NCBI GenBank assembly: GCA_036396635.1
Contig: DASWKM010000092.1
Span: 9,798 to 73,797, forward strand
Length of the DNA stretch: 64,000 nucleotides
Origin: Acidimicrobiia bacterium
Lineage (GTDB): Bacteria; Actinomycetota; Acidimicrobiia; Spongiisociales; ZC4RG35
Direction: 5' to 3'
The notes beneath the pieces were generated by a model that was not told where the DNA came from, made no database searches, and saw nothing but the letters and a program-made list of their open reading frames with translations. Of this stretch, positions 21,682 to 30,009 are shown piece by piece (the stretch's first letter is position 1; the number at the start of each line of letters is the position of its first letter). Made by a program: the position numbers and the translations under genes.

Positions 21682-22671
21682 ATGGAAGACCTCCAAAGTC
21701 TTGTCGATATTCCCCGAATTTGGGATCAGCTGGGAAGAGTGGAAGAGCGCCTGCTGGAGGCATCTGCCGCTGACGACCCGTACCTGACCAAGATCGCGCA
21801 GCATCTTCTGTTGGCCGGGGGCAAGCGCTTTCGGCCACTGCTCGCCCTGCTCGCTGCGGAGTTCGGCGACGCCACGGACCACCGACCGGTCGAGGCGGCG
21901 GTCTCGGTCGAGTTGATCCATGTCGGGTCTCTGTATCACGACGATGTGATCGATGAGGCCGACACCCGGCGAGGGGCCAGCTCGGCCAACGCCAACTGGA
22001 CCAACACGGTGGCAATCCTCGCCGGCGACTTCCTCATGGCCCGTGCCTCGGAGGTCGCCGCCACCCACCTGAGCCAGGAGTCGGTTCGCCTGCTGGCGTC
22101 GACATATGCCGATTTGGTTGAAGGTCAGACGAGAGAGCTACAGCTCACCGACGATCTCAGCCACTCGCTCGACGACTATCAACAGGTCATCGGTGGCAAG
22201 ACAGCCTCGCTGATCAGGACATCGGCCCGCCTCGGCGCAAAGGCGGCTGATGCGGACAAGCCCGTGGTGGAGGCGCTGTCCACCTGGGCCTGGGAGGTCG
22301 GCATGGTGTTCCAGATCGCCGATGACGCCCTCGACCTGGTGGCCGACGAGGAGACGATCGGCAAGCCGGCGGGGTCCGACATCCGAGAGGGGACTTTCAC
22401 CGGTCCCGTGCTGCGAGCAGTTGGCGGCTCGCACGGTGACCGCATCAAGGAGCTGCTCTCAGCCGAGCGCCCCTATTCGGATGAGACGGTCGCCGAGGTC
22501 ATCTCACTCGTCAAGGCGGGCGGGCATGTCGACGCCGCCCTGGATACCGCCGCCGCCCGTCTCAAGATTGCAGACGCGGCCCTGGCCACACTGCCCAAGT
22601 CGAGGCAAAGGACCACCCTGGAGCGGCTCGGTACCTATCTGCTGGAGAGGGTCCAGACCTCCCGCCATTAG
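21682..22671 (+). CDS. Polyprenyl diphosphate synthase (trans-isoprenyl diphosphate synthase family)
   Basis: FARM (LYHDDVIDEADTRRG) and SARM (FQIADDALD) aspartate-rich motifs. The ORF track extension upstream of MEDLQSL is antisense to clpC and was rejected. Confidence 0.85.
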   Translation: MEDLQSLVDIPRIWDQLGRVEERLLEASAADDPYLTKIAQHLLLAGGKRFRPLLALLAAEFGDATDHRPVEAAVSVELIHVGSLYHDDVIDEADTRRGASSANANWTNTVAILAGDFLMARASEVAATHLSQESVRLLASTYADLVEGQTRELQLTDDLSHSLDDYQQVIGGKTASLIRTSARLGAKAADADKPVVEALSTWAWEVGMVFQIADDALDLVADEETIGKPAGSDIREGTFTGPVLRAVGGSHGDRIKELLSAERPYSDETVAEVISLVKAGGHVDAALDTAAARLKIADAALATLPKSRQRTTLERLGTYLLERVQTSRH

Positions 22672-22835
22672 TGGTCTGTCGCGTGAATACTTGTGGCGTC
22701 TCTCCGGCCCTCGACGCCCCTGGCTGCGTCGAAGTGCTCGCCGCAGCTCCCCGGCTGCGAGTGCGCGCTTCTCCTTGCCAGATGACGCCGATGGCTCGGA
22801 GACACGCGCACACTATTCACGCGACAGACCACTAA
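22669..22835. mobile_element. MITE-like nonautonomous element, copy A (167 bp, perfect 21-bp terminal inverted repeats, TA target duplication)
   Basis: Left end tagtggtctgtcgcgtgaata, right end tattcacgcgacagaccacta (exact reverse complement). Flanked by TA/TA. A second copy lies at 33380-33548 in inverse orientation. No coding capacity. Confidence 0.7.
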
Positions 22836-23194
22836 TCGACGATGCTGTCGATGATGATGCGCACGACGCTGATCACGATCGCACCCAGGAGGGTGGCCCA
22901 GAAGAACCCGGTTGAGGTGAGACCCAGGTCCATGCGCTCCGATGACGAAAGCCAGATCACGAACTGGAGCGTCAGCGCATTGGTGATCAACAAGAAGAGG
23001 CCCAGCGTCAAGACCACGAGTGGCAGGCTGAAGATGTTGAGGATCGGCTTGACAACCATGTTGGCGAGAACGATCAACAGCGAGACGCCCAAGAACCCCC
23101 AGACATTCCCCTCGAAGTCGAGGCCGCCCACGATCCCTACCGCCACCCAGAGAGCGGCAGCCGTAGCCCCGACCTTTATCACGAGCCCTCTCAT
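22832..23194 (-). CDS. Small 4-TM membrane protein (phage-holin-4-like / DUF360-type)
   Basis: 120 aa with four hydrophobic segments. Pattern resembles actinobacterial phage holin family proteins. No other motif. Confidence 0.45.
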   Translation of the reverse strand: MRGLVIKVGATAAALWVAVGIVGGLDFEGNVWGFLGVSLLIVLANMVVKPILNIFSLPLVVLTLGLFLLITNALTLQFVIWLSSSERMDLGLTSTGFFWATLLGAIVISVVRIIIDSIVD

Positions 23195-24693
23195 CGATCG
23201 CCTCCTTCGTGTTGCTCCGGTCTCATTGTCGGGAACAGTATTACCTCCCTGATGTGCACCTGGTCGGTCAGCAGCATCACCAGACGGTCGACACCGATCC
23301 CGAGGCCACCCGTGGGAGGTAGCCCGTACTCCAGGGCCTGGATGTAGTCGTCATCGATCACGTGGGCTTCCTCGTCCCCACCAGCCCTCGCCGCCGACTG
23401 AGCCTCGAACCGGGCCCGCTGCACGTCGGCGTCGTTTAGCTCGGAGAAGGCGTTGCAGTACTCGGCGCCGGCGATCACCAGCTCGAATCGCTCGGTGAGC
23501 CGTGGATCGTCACGATGTTCCCGGGAGAGCGGCGAGACCTGGGTCGGGAAGTCGATCACGAAGGTCGGTTCCCAGACCTCCCGATATGCGAGCGAATAGA
23601 GCTCGAACAGCAGCTTCCCGGTCCCTGCTTCCTCGGAGAGGGTCACACCGTGGCCAGTGAGCATCCCCTCGAGGACCATCGGGTCGGTGTCCATGGACAC
23701 CTCCTCGCCGACGAAGCGCGAGACCAGATCCTCGAGGGTGACACGCTGGTATGGCGTTGCGAAGGACAGCTCCCGACCGCGGTAGGTCGTCTCGGTCCTA
23801 CCCGTCGCCGACCGGGCAACACTTGAGATCACCTCCTCGACAAGGGTCATGATGTCGGTGTAATCGGCGAGCGCCTGGTAGGCCTCGAGCATCGTGAACT
23901 CAGGGCTGTGGGTGGCGTCGATCCCCTCGTTTCGGAAGATGCGACCGATCTCGAACACCCGGTCCATCCCCCCAACCACAAGTCGTTTGAGGTACAACTC
24001 GGTTGCAATTCTCAACTGCAGCTCGATGTCGAGCGCGTTGTGGCGTGTGGTGAAAGGTCGGGCCAGAGCGCCGGTCGCCTGACTGAGCAAGACCGGAGTC
24101 TCCACCTCGACGAAACCGCGTGACTCGAATTCGCGGCGTAACTCGGAAACTACGCGCGCCCGAGTGACCGCCACCCGGCGGGCCTCCTCGTTGACCATCA
24201 GGTCGACGTAACGGCGCCGGCTCCGCGTTTCGATGTCGACGAGCCCGTGCCATTTGTCGGGGAGGGGTCGAAGGGCTTTCTGCAACAACGTCATCTCCTC
24301 GACGTTGACGCTGAGCTCACCGCGCTTGGTGGTCATGATCTCACCGGTGACTCCGATCCAGTCGCCGAGATCGAGGTCGGCGAAGAGCTCGGCGGTCTCC
24401 TCACCTGCAACCCTGCGATCAACGAACAGCTGGATGTGCCCACTTCCGTCCTGGAGCGTCCCGAACTGAAGCTTCCCAAACGAGCGGTGCAGCATCAGCC
24501 TTCCTGCCACCGTCACGCGGTCGGCGGTATCCGATGCCGGTGGGAGATCGGCATAACGCTCGTGTAGGTCTGCTGCAAGATGGCTCCGCTCGAACCGGTG
24601 TGGATAGCCACCTCCAGCTACGTGCGACTCGTGTTTGGCTCGACGACCATCGATCAGTCGGTCCCAAGTCGTGTCGTGAATCTCGCTCATCAT
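23191..24693 (-). CDS. lysS: Lysine--tRNA ligase (class II)
   Basis: OB anticodon-binding N-domain. Class II motifs (FRNEGIDATHSPEFTMLE..., GGLGIGVDRLVM). Start taken at MMSEIHD. Confidence 0.88.
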   Translation of the reverse strand: MMSEIHDTTWDRLIDGRRAKHESHVAGGGYPHRFERSHLAADLHERYADLPPASDTADRVTVAGRLMLHRSFGKLQFGTLQDGSGHIQLFVDRRVAGEETAELFADLDLGDWIGVTGEIMTTKRGELSVNVEEMTLLQKALRPLPDKWHGLVDIETRSRRRYVDLMVNEEARRVAVTRARVVSELRREFESRGFVEVETPVLLSQATGALARPFTTRHNALDIELQLRIATELYLKRLVVGGMDRVFEIGRIFRNEGIDATHSPEFTMLEAYQALADYTDIMTLVEEVISSVARSATGRTETTYRGRELSFATPYQRVTLEDLVSRFVGEEVSMDTDPMVLEGMLTGHGVTLSEEAGTGKLLFELYSLAYREVWEPTFVIDFPTQVSPLSREHRDDPRLTERFELVIAGAEYCNAFSELNDADVQRARFEAQSAARAGGDEEAHVIDDDYIQALEYGLPPTGGLGIGVDRLVMLLTDQVHIREVILFPTMRPEQHEGGDR

Positions 24694-24703
24694 CCCTTGG
24701 GGA

Positions 24704-25591
24704 TCATGGCAGGGCGGCCACACCACTCGGTGTATCGAGCAGGATCCCACGGTCAGCCACCGGCTTTCCGTTATCGACGTCGAAGGCGATGTTGTCGATC
24801 AGCCGCACCGGCCCAACATGAGCGGCAACGGCGAGAACGGCCGGCCGGTCGAGTTTCTCGATCGGCTTCATGGTTGCCTGTGACGCCAGCTTCACATAGT
24901 CGACGTCGAGACCTCTCATCGACCGAAGGGCGGTCGCCTCGAGGCGGTCGCCCCTCCGCTCGCCGGCATCAACCTGCTCGGCCGCCTGGAACAGCCCACG
25001 TGAGATCGCCAGCGCATGCTCACGATCCATCCTGCCCAACTGGACATTCCGGCTGGACAGCGCAAGACCGTCGGGCTCCCGGATGACCGGAGCCTCCACG
25101 ATCTCAATGGGAAACCTCAGGTCGGTGACCATCGCCTTCAGCACCGCCAGCTGTTGGGCGTCCTTGCGCCCGAACATGGACATGGCCGGCTGCAGGCCCG
25201 CAAAGAGCTTGGCCACGACCGTGGCCACACCGACGAAGTGACCCGGGCGGTAGCGCCCTTCCATCTCGTCGGTGACCCCAACCACCTCGACCGTGGTCAC
25301 CGACTCACCCGGATACACCTCGAGCTCGTCCGGTGCGAACAGGACGTCGACATGGTGTGCCTGGGCCAGGGACGCGTCACGTGCCTCGTCTCTCGGATAC
25401 GCATCGAAGTCATCGGTGTCGTTGAACTGGGTCGGATTGACGAAGAGTGAGACGACCACCGTGTCACAGCGGTCCCTGAGCAAATCCATCAACCTGAGGT
25501 GGCCCTCATGGAAGTAGCCGAGCGTGGGCAGGAGGCCGACCCGTCCCCGATAGAGGGCACGCGTTTGGCTGAAGGTGCGTGTCACTTCCAC
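24704..25591 (-). CDS. panC: Pantoate--beta-alanine ligase
   Basis: PTLGYFHEGHLRLM (HxGH-type) motif and downstream SLFVNPTQF, typical of PanC. Confidence 0.88.
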   Translation of the reverse strand: MEVTRTFSQTRALYRGRVGLLPTLGYFHEGHLRLMDLLRDRCDTVVVSLFVNPTQFNDTDDFDAYPRDEARDASLAQAHHVDVLFAPDELEVYPGESVTTVEVVGVTDEMEGRYRPGHFVGVATVVAKLFAGLQPAMSMFGRKDAQQLAVLKAMVTDLRFPIEIVEAPVIREPDGLALSSRNVQLGRMDREHALAISRGLFQAAEQVDAGERRGDRLEATALRSMRGLDVDYVKLASQATMKPIEKLDRPAVLAVAAHVGPVRLIDNIAFDVDNGKPVADRGILLDTPSGVAALP

Positions 25592-26373
25592 TGACGGAGG
25601 TCCTCCTCTCTTCCTGCCCTGATGGTGGTTGCCTCGGCCATCAACCTGAATTGACGGCCGACATGCTCGGAGACTTCGCGGGCGGCGGTCAAATGGCCGA
25701 CCACGGTCTCGACGTCCCCGCGCGCGATCGGACCCGTCAACGAGCCCTTGGCGCCGCGGTCGTAGACGTTGGCCACTGCCCGCTCGACCAGGGGCCGTGA
25801 GACCTTCGGGTCGATGCCGGCCGAGTCAAAGAGATCGGCCGAGACACCCAAGGCGGTCACGACGAAGTTGGCGGCAGCAGCAGCGGCGGCGTGATAGGCC
25901 GGTCTGGCGGCGTCGTCGAGACGGAATGGCTCCATCTCGAGCGATGTGGCCAGATGGGTGAGCATGTCGACGGCCAACTCGTCACCGTCGATCCCCACAT
26001 AAGAGCCAGTAAGGGCGCTCGCACCAGTCTCCGCGTCGGGGAACGTCTGAAGTGGGTGGAACCCGCCGATTGCCGTCCCGGCCCCCCGCAGCCCATGCAG
26101 AGTCATGACCGGGACGAAGCCCGACATGTGCGCCACAACGCCGACCCGTGCGACATACGGGGCGATTCTCGCCGAGACCTCCGGGATGGCCTCATCGCGC
26201 ACGGCGATGAGAGCGATGTCGGCCTCGGGCAGGGGCTCATCCCAGGGGAGCACGGGCCATCGCGCCTCATCGTGGTCTCGAGTCAGGACGCCTCCGATGT
26301 CATGCCCTGCCCTCTGGCTCGCGATCGCCATGGCGCCGCCGGCCCGTCCCGGGCCGATGATCAACAGACGCAA
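25582..26373 (-). CDS. Rossmann-fold NAD(P)-binding / DUF2520-like protein
   Basis: N-terminal GxGxxG (IIGPGRAGGA). Conserved position upstream of panC in actinobacteria (Rv3603c-like). Confidence 0.55.
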   Translation of the reverse strand: MRLLIIGPGRAGGAMAIASQRAGHDIGGVLTRDHDEARWPVLPWDEPLPEADIALIAVRDEAIPEVSARIAPYVARVGVVAHMSGFVPVMTLHGLRGAGTAIGGFHPLQTFPDAETGASALTGSYVGIDGDELAVDMLTHLATSLEMEPFRLDDAARPAYHAAAAAAANFVVTALGVSADLFDSAGIDPKVSRPLVERAVANVYDRGAKGSLTGPIARGDVETVVGHLTAAREVSEHVGRQFRLMAEATTIRAGREEDLRQWK

Positions 26374-26433
26374 TTGGGATCTCGCCGCGACACGGACGGC
26401 GAGGCTAGTGGCGACATCCCCTAGCCAGGAGGC

Positions 26434-26766
26434 CTACTCCTCCTGAAGTTGGTCGGGGGTGATAACGGGCCAACTCGAGTCGATGGCGGCCTTCCTCGAG
26501 CGATAGCCGTCCCGGCGCTTCCAAAACTTTGTCTTCCACACCCGATACCTCCGCTTTGCGGGCTCTTGGGGCCCGTTGGCAAGTTCGTGATTGCGGGTCC
26601 TTCGCTCTTCGGGAAGGACTACCTCTTCGGGGTCCTCGATGGTGTGGAGTACCTGGTTGGCGGCGTGTCTGGTGGCGCGGTGCCTCAGTTTCCGCTCCTC
26701 ACGCGACGGACGACTCTCGTCGTATCCGGGAATCTCCTGGCGATGCTCTCGAGACCGTTTGGCCAT
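26434..26766 (-). CDS. Small highly basic hypothetical protein
   Basis: 110 aa, Arg/Lys/Glu-rich, no motif. Lies between the DUF2520 gene and folK. Confidence 0.35.
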   Translation of the reverse strand: MAKRSREHRQEIPGYDESRPSREERKLRHRATRHAANQVLHTIEDPEEVVLPEERRTRNHELANGPQEPAKRRYRVWKTKFWKRRDGYRSRKAAIDSSWPVITPDQLQEE

Positions 26767-26883
26767 TCATAACCTCCTGTCGTGAACATGGTCGTCTCAC
26801 ACATGGGTCTGACAGGCGGGCCGCGGCCAAGCACCATCTGATGAACCTAGCACGGGTTTCGAGATCGTGAACAGGGTCGAAGG

Positions 26884-27834
26884 TCACAGGATGAAGGGGA
26901 TCAGCCTGTGTCTGACCTTCGTCCGATATGCACGGTATGCCGGGTAGCGAATTCGGAGTTGCCGCTCCTCATATGACGACTTGAGCCAGAAGTACGGGAC
27001 CAGTGCGAGGCTCAAGGCCATGGCGAGTCTGTCATTAGACAACACGGCGAGCCCGACCATGAACAGGATGGTCCCCCCATATATGGGATGCCGAACGTGG
27101 GAGAATGGGCCTTCCTCGACCAACACCCCGGCATCCCTTGGCTCAGGGAGCGCTGTCATGGCCCGGCCCAGCCGGCTCGATGCGATCACTGCGAGAGCTG
27201 CCCCAGACACGGCCGAGGCCAGCCCGACGATGGCGCCAGGGACGAGGATCGAGGACGGCAGGTCCCCATCCATGAAGATCGCCAACCCGGCGAGGAGAAT
27301 GATCAAGACTTGACCGGTCACCAAGGCCGGGCCCCTCCACATCGGTGGGTTGATCCAATCTCCACCCAGCCAGACGACTCCTTGATCGCCGACGCGGAGA
27401 AGCGCCTCTCGTGCGGTCAGTCGGCCACCGACTTCGGCCTCCGGCCAGACGTCGGTGAGCGGGCGAAGCACGAACTCTCGCTCGCTGGCCCGCGGGTGGG
27501 GGATCACCAGGCGCTCTGCGGTCATGTGGTCGCCGTCGCTGGTGACGATGTCGAGATCGAGGGTGCGCGGCCCCCAGCGCACCTCACGTACCCTTCCGTG
27601 GTCGTGTTCTATCACCTGGAGCGCCTCGAGCAGATCTATCGGGCCGAGCCCGGTCTCGACGTCGACGATCGCGTTCAGGAACGGGTCCTGGTCGGGCCCA
27701 CCGATCGGAGCGGACTCGTACAGATCTGAGACTTGCCATGTGTCGACGTGTCGGCCGATGGCGACACATGCCCTTCTCAGGTGGTCCAACCTATCCCCGA
27801 GATTCGAGCCGATGCCGATGGCGTATCGCGTCAC
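26884..27834 (-). CDS. folK: HPPK (FolK) fused to a C-terminal ICMT/PEMT-family membrane methyltransferase-like domain
   Basis: N-terminal ~160 aa match HPPK (AIGIGSNLGDR, LDLDIV). C-terminal ~150 aa have 4 TM helices plus RHPIYGG and EERQLRIRYPAYRAYRTKVRHRLIP, the ICMT/phospholipid methyltransferase signature. One uninterrupted frame. Confidence 0.7.
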   Translation of the reverse strand: MTRYAIGIGSNLGDRLDHLRRACVAIGRHVDTWQVSDLYESAPIGGPDQDPFLNAIVDVETGLGPIDLLEALQVIEHDHGRVREVRWGPRTLDLDIVTSDGDHMTAERLVIPHPRASEREFVLRPLTDVWPEAEVGGRLTAREALLRVGDQGVVWLGGDWINPPMWRGPALVTGQVLIILLAGLAIFMDGDLPSSILVPGAIVGLASAVSGAALAVIASSRLGRAMTALPEPRDAGVLVEEGPFSHVRHPIYGGTILFMVGLAVLSNDRLAMALSLALVPYFWLKSSYEERQLRIRYPAYRAYRTKVRHRLIPFIL

Positions 27835-28190
27835 CGGGTTCGTTCGAGTGTGACCGAGACGTCCGAGAACACCAGATCGATCGGGGCGTCCGGCTTGTGG
27901 ATGGTCACGATCGATCGGGTCACTTGGGGGTGGCTCATCACGGCATCGGAGACCTTGGTCGCCACGGTCTCCATCAACTTGTGGGACTCCGATCCAACAG
28001 CCTCTCTGACCTCCATCGCCAGCACCGAGTAGTCGAGAGCGTCGGAGAGGTCGTCGGTTTGCGCCGCAACGGTCATATCGGTGAACGCGGTGACATCGAC
28101 ACGGAACACTTGAGCTTTCTCCTGCTCGTGCGAGAGAACACCGTGTTTCGCATAGACCTCGATGCCTTTGAGGTCGATGCGATCGTTCAA
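27831..28190 (-). CDS. folB: Dihydroneopterin aldolase
   Basis: 119 aa. IDLKGIEVYAKHGVLSHEQEKAQVF is a typical FolB N-terminus. Overlaps folK by 4 nt. Confidence 0.85.
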   Translation of the reverse strand: MNDRIDLKGIEVYAKHGVLSHEQEKAQVFRVDVTAFTDMTVAAQTDDLSDALDYSVLAMEVREAVGSESHKLMETVATKVSDAVMSHPQVTRSIVTIHKPDAPIDLVFSDVSVTLERTR

Positions 28191-28681
28191 TGCCCGTTGC
28201 CCGCCGGGATCAGCGATCGGCCCTCGGGGCCCAGGGCGCGCCCGAGGATCTGTTGGATCACGGCCAACGCCAGGATCGGGTCGTCGACCATGCCCGAATT
28301 GACTAGATAGCCCCCGAGCAGCCCGCCGAGCGTGTCGTCGACGGTCTCGCGGTGGATCAACACCCGGGCATGGTTGCGCCGGAGAGCCTGATTCAATGTG
28401 GCGAAGAATCGATCGACGTCTTTTCCCTCGACCGGGCTGGACATCGGGACCGAATAGGTGGCGATACCCGCCTGGCGATATGCGGCCAGATTCTGGTTGG
28501 CCGGGAGCATGGAGATGATGGTGTTGATCTCCGCCTCCTCGACCAACCAGGTGATCTCTTCTTCCCGCCGCACTCGGCGGTGCTGAAACCCGGACCCACC
28601 GACACGATCAGACACTGCCAGCCGATCATTGATGACCCAGGTGAACCCCCTGGGTTTTAACCCTGCAACCATTCGTCCCAT
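28187..28681 (-). CDS. Hypothetical protein occupying the position where folP is expected
   Basis: 164 aa with no TIM-barrel DHPS motifs. The segment ARVLIHRETVDDTLGG loosely resembles a dual-specificity phosphatase P-loop but lacks the catalytic Cys and Arg. Function unknown. Confidence 0.4.
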   Translation of the reverse strand: MGRMVAGLKPRGFTWVINDRLAVSDRVGGSGFQHRRVRREEEITWLVEEAEINTIISMLPANQNLAAYRQAGIATYSVPMSSPVEGKDVDRFFATLNQALRRNHARVLIHRETVDDTLGGLLGGYLVNSGMVDDPILALAVIQQILGRALGPEGRSLIPAGNGH

Positions 28682-28741
28682 CGCTGGTCAGTCACGATAG
28701 CGGTGCTTGCAGAGACCGCATGATGGCTTGCCTACCTTTTG

Positions 28742-29311
28742 TCAGCGAGTCCCGAACAAGAGGGACATCGCCTCGGACCGGGTCGCCGCATTGGTCTCCA
28801 TGACACCGCGGACCGCCGACGTCACCGTCCTGGCCCCCGGCTTTCGCACCCCTCGCATCGACATGCATAGATGCTCCGCCTCGATGACGACCAGGACGCC
28901 CAGCGGGTCGAGGCGGTCGTTGAGACAGTCGGCCACCTGAGCCGTCAAACGCTCCTGCATCTGTGGTCGCCGTGCGTACCCGTCGACCAGTCGGGCGAGC
29001 TTGGAGAGACCGGTAACCCTTCCTTGGGGCATATAGGCGACGTGGGCCTGACCGTGGAACGGGACGAAGTGGTGCTCACACATCGAATAGAAGGGGATCT
29101 CTCGGACCATCACGATCTCCTGATAGTGCTCTTCGCCAAAGAAGGCGTCGATCACATCACCGGGGTCTTGGTGTATCCCCTCGAACACCTCTGCGTAGAA
29201 ACGTGCCACCCGTTCTGGTGTCTCGAGTAGGCCTTCCCGATCGGGATCCTCCCCAAGGGCCTCGATGATCTCTTTGACGGCTTTCTCGATTCGGCCGGTG
29301 TCGATCTCGCT
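28742..29311 (-). CDS. folE: GTP cyclohydrolase I
   Basis: [23 protein letters not shown] contains the FolE CEHH zinc/active-site motif. Start taken at MSEIDTG. Confidence 0.9.
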   Translation of the reverse strand, partial: SEIDTGRIEKAVKEIIEALGEDPDREGLLETPERVARFYAEVFEGIHQDPGDVIDAFFGEEHYQEIVMVREIPFYSMCEHHFVPFHGQAHVAYMPQGRVTGLSKLARLVDGYARRPQMQERLTAQVADCLNDRLDPLGVLVVIEAEHLCMSMRGVRKPGARTVTSAVRGVMETNAATRSEAMSLLFGTR

Positions 29312-29368
29312 CATTGCACAATGAACGTAGGTCGCTGACCAGCTAATCCGCAAAATCGGGAAATGGGG

Positions 29369-29397
29369 TTGACACGACGTCTCGATGACTGTACAGT
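29369..29397 (+). promoter_or_regulatory. Near-consensus sigma-A-type promoter (TTGACA-17-TACAGT)
   Basis: ttgaca at 29369-29374, a 17-nt spacer, then tacagt at 29392-29397, about 50 nt upstream of the first ATG of the plus-strand cassette. Confidence 0.55.
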
Positions 29398-29426
29398 GAC
29401 ATCACTATGACATCATCCAGATGTCA
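29397..29426 (+). promoter_or_regulatory. Operator-like repeat (TGACATC direct repeat x2 plus inverted GATGTCA) overlapping -10/TSS
   Basis: tgacatc at 29397 and 29408, inverted gatgtca at 29420. This is a typical arrangement for RHH or other small repressor binding. Confidence 0.4.
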
Positions 29427-29449
29427 AGAACGCGTCAAAGGAGACAACC

Positions 29450-29551
29450 ATGTTGATCTACACCCAAGACATGCTCGAGGCTCTGCTCCAGGAACGGGTC
29501 CGGTATCGCGAGCAACGAAATCTCATCCGTCAGATGAGGGGCCGCAACTGA
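29450..29551 (+). CDS. Putative 33-aa leader/small ORF translationally coupled to the downstream gene
   Basis: AAAGGAG 6 nt upstream of ATG. Sequence MLIYTQDMLEALLQERVRYREQRNLIRQMRGRN. The stop TGA overlaps the next ATG (TGATG). Confidence 0.3.
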   Translation: MLIYTQDMLEALLQERVRYREQRNLIRQMRGRN

Positions 29552-30009
29552 TGCAGCTCTCCCACGCCATCACCGACCTCGAGACAGCCGTTGAGACCCA
29601 GCTTCGAGTGGCGAGCGCCGAGATCGCCGAGGCGGGAGCCCATCTGATGGCGGCGCTCAGACCCGCCATCACACAGAGCATGATGCAGGTGGTGAGCATG
29701 GCCGTTGCCGAGGTGTCCTCACAGCTCGACACACAGACCATAGATATCAAGTTGGTCGACGGGGATCCTGAGCTCGTTGTCAGAGACGACCCCTCCGCCG
29801 CCCCCCCACCTCCTCCCCCCCCAGGCGTCGATGATCCGGAAGAGGCCCGCATCACCGTGCGTCTCCCCGGATATCTCAAAGACCTCGTCAACGAGGCGGC
29901 CGCCGATGCCGGTGACTCCATCAACGCCTACGTTGTGGACGTCCTGACCCACAAGGCCAACGCCCGTCGTGCCGCCGGGACACGACGCAAGACCACGATC
30001 CAGCTGTGA
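29551..30009 (+). CDS. Ribbon-helix-helix (Arc/HicB-like) domain protein with poly-Pro linker
   Basis: C-terminal ARITVRLPGYLKDLVNEAAADAGDSINAYVVDVLT fits the RHH beta-strand plus two helices pattern. It is preceded by a PPPPPPP linker and a helical N-domain. Confidence 0.5.
   Translation: MQLSHAITDLETAVETQLRVASAEIAEAGAHLMAALRPAITQSMMQVVSMAVAEVSSQLDTQTIDIKLVDGDPELVVRDDPSAAPPPPPPPGVDDPEEARITVRLPGYLKDLVNEAAADAGDSINAYVVDVLTHKANARRAAGTRRKTTIQL

Noticed and set aside
22250-22915. ORFs 22250-22915, 22562-22813, 33182-33553 and 33401-34201 encoding near-identical peptides
   Set aside because: The similarity is explained entirely by the two copies of the noncoding MITE-like repeat, not by paralogous genes. 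The frames run antisense to or through real genes.
29312-29406. Possible ZTP (pfl) or other riboswitch in the folE leader
   Set aside because: Read the reverse complement of the leader. No GGGTCG...CCGCCUGGGCA-type pseudoknot elements or other recognisable riboswitch core.
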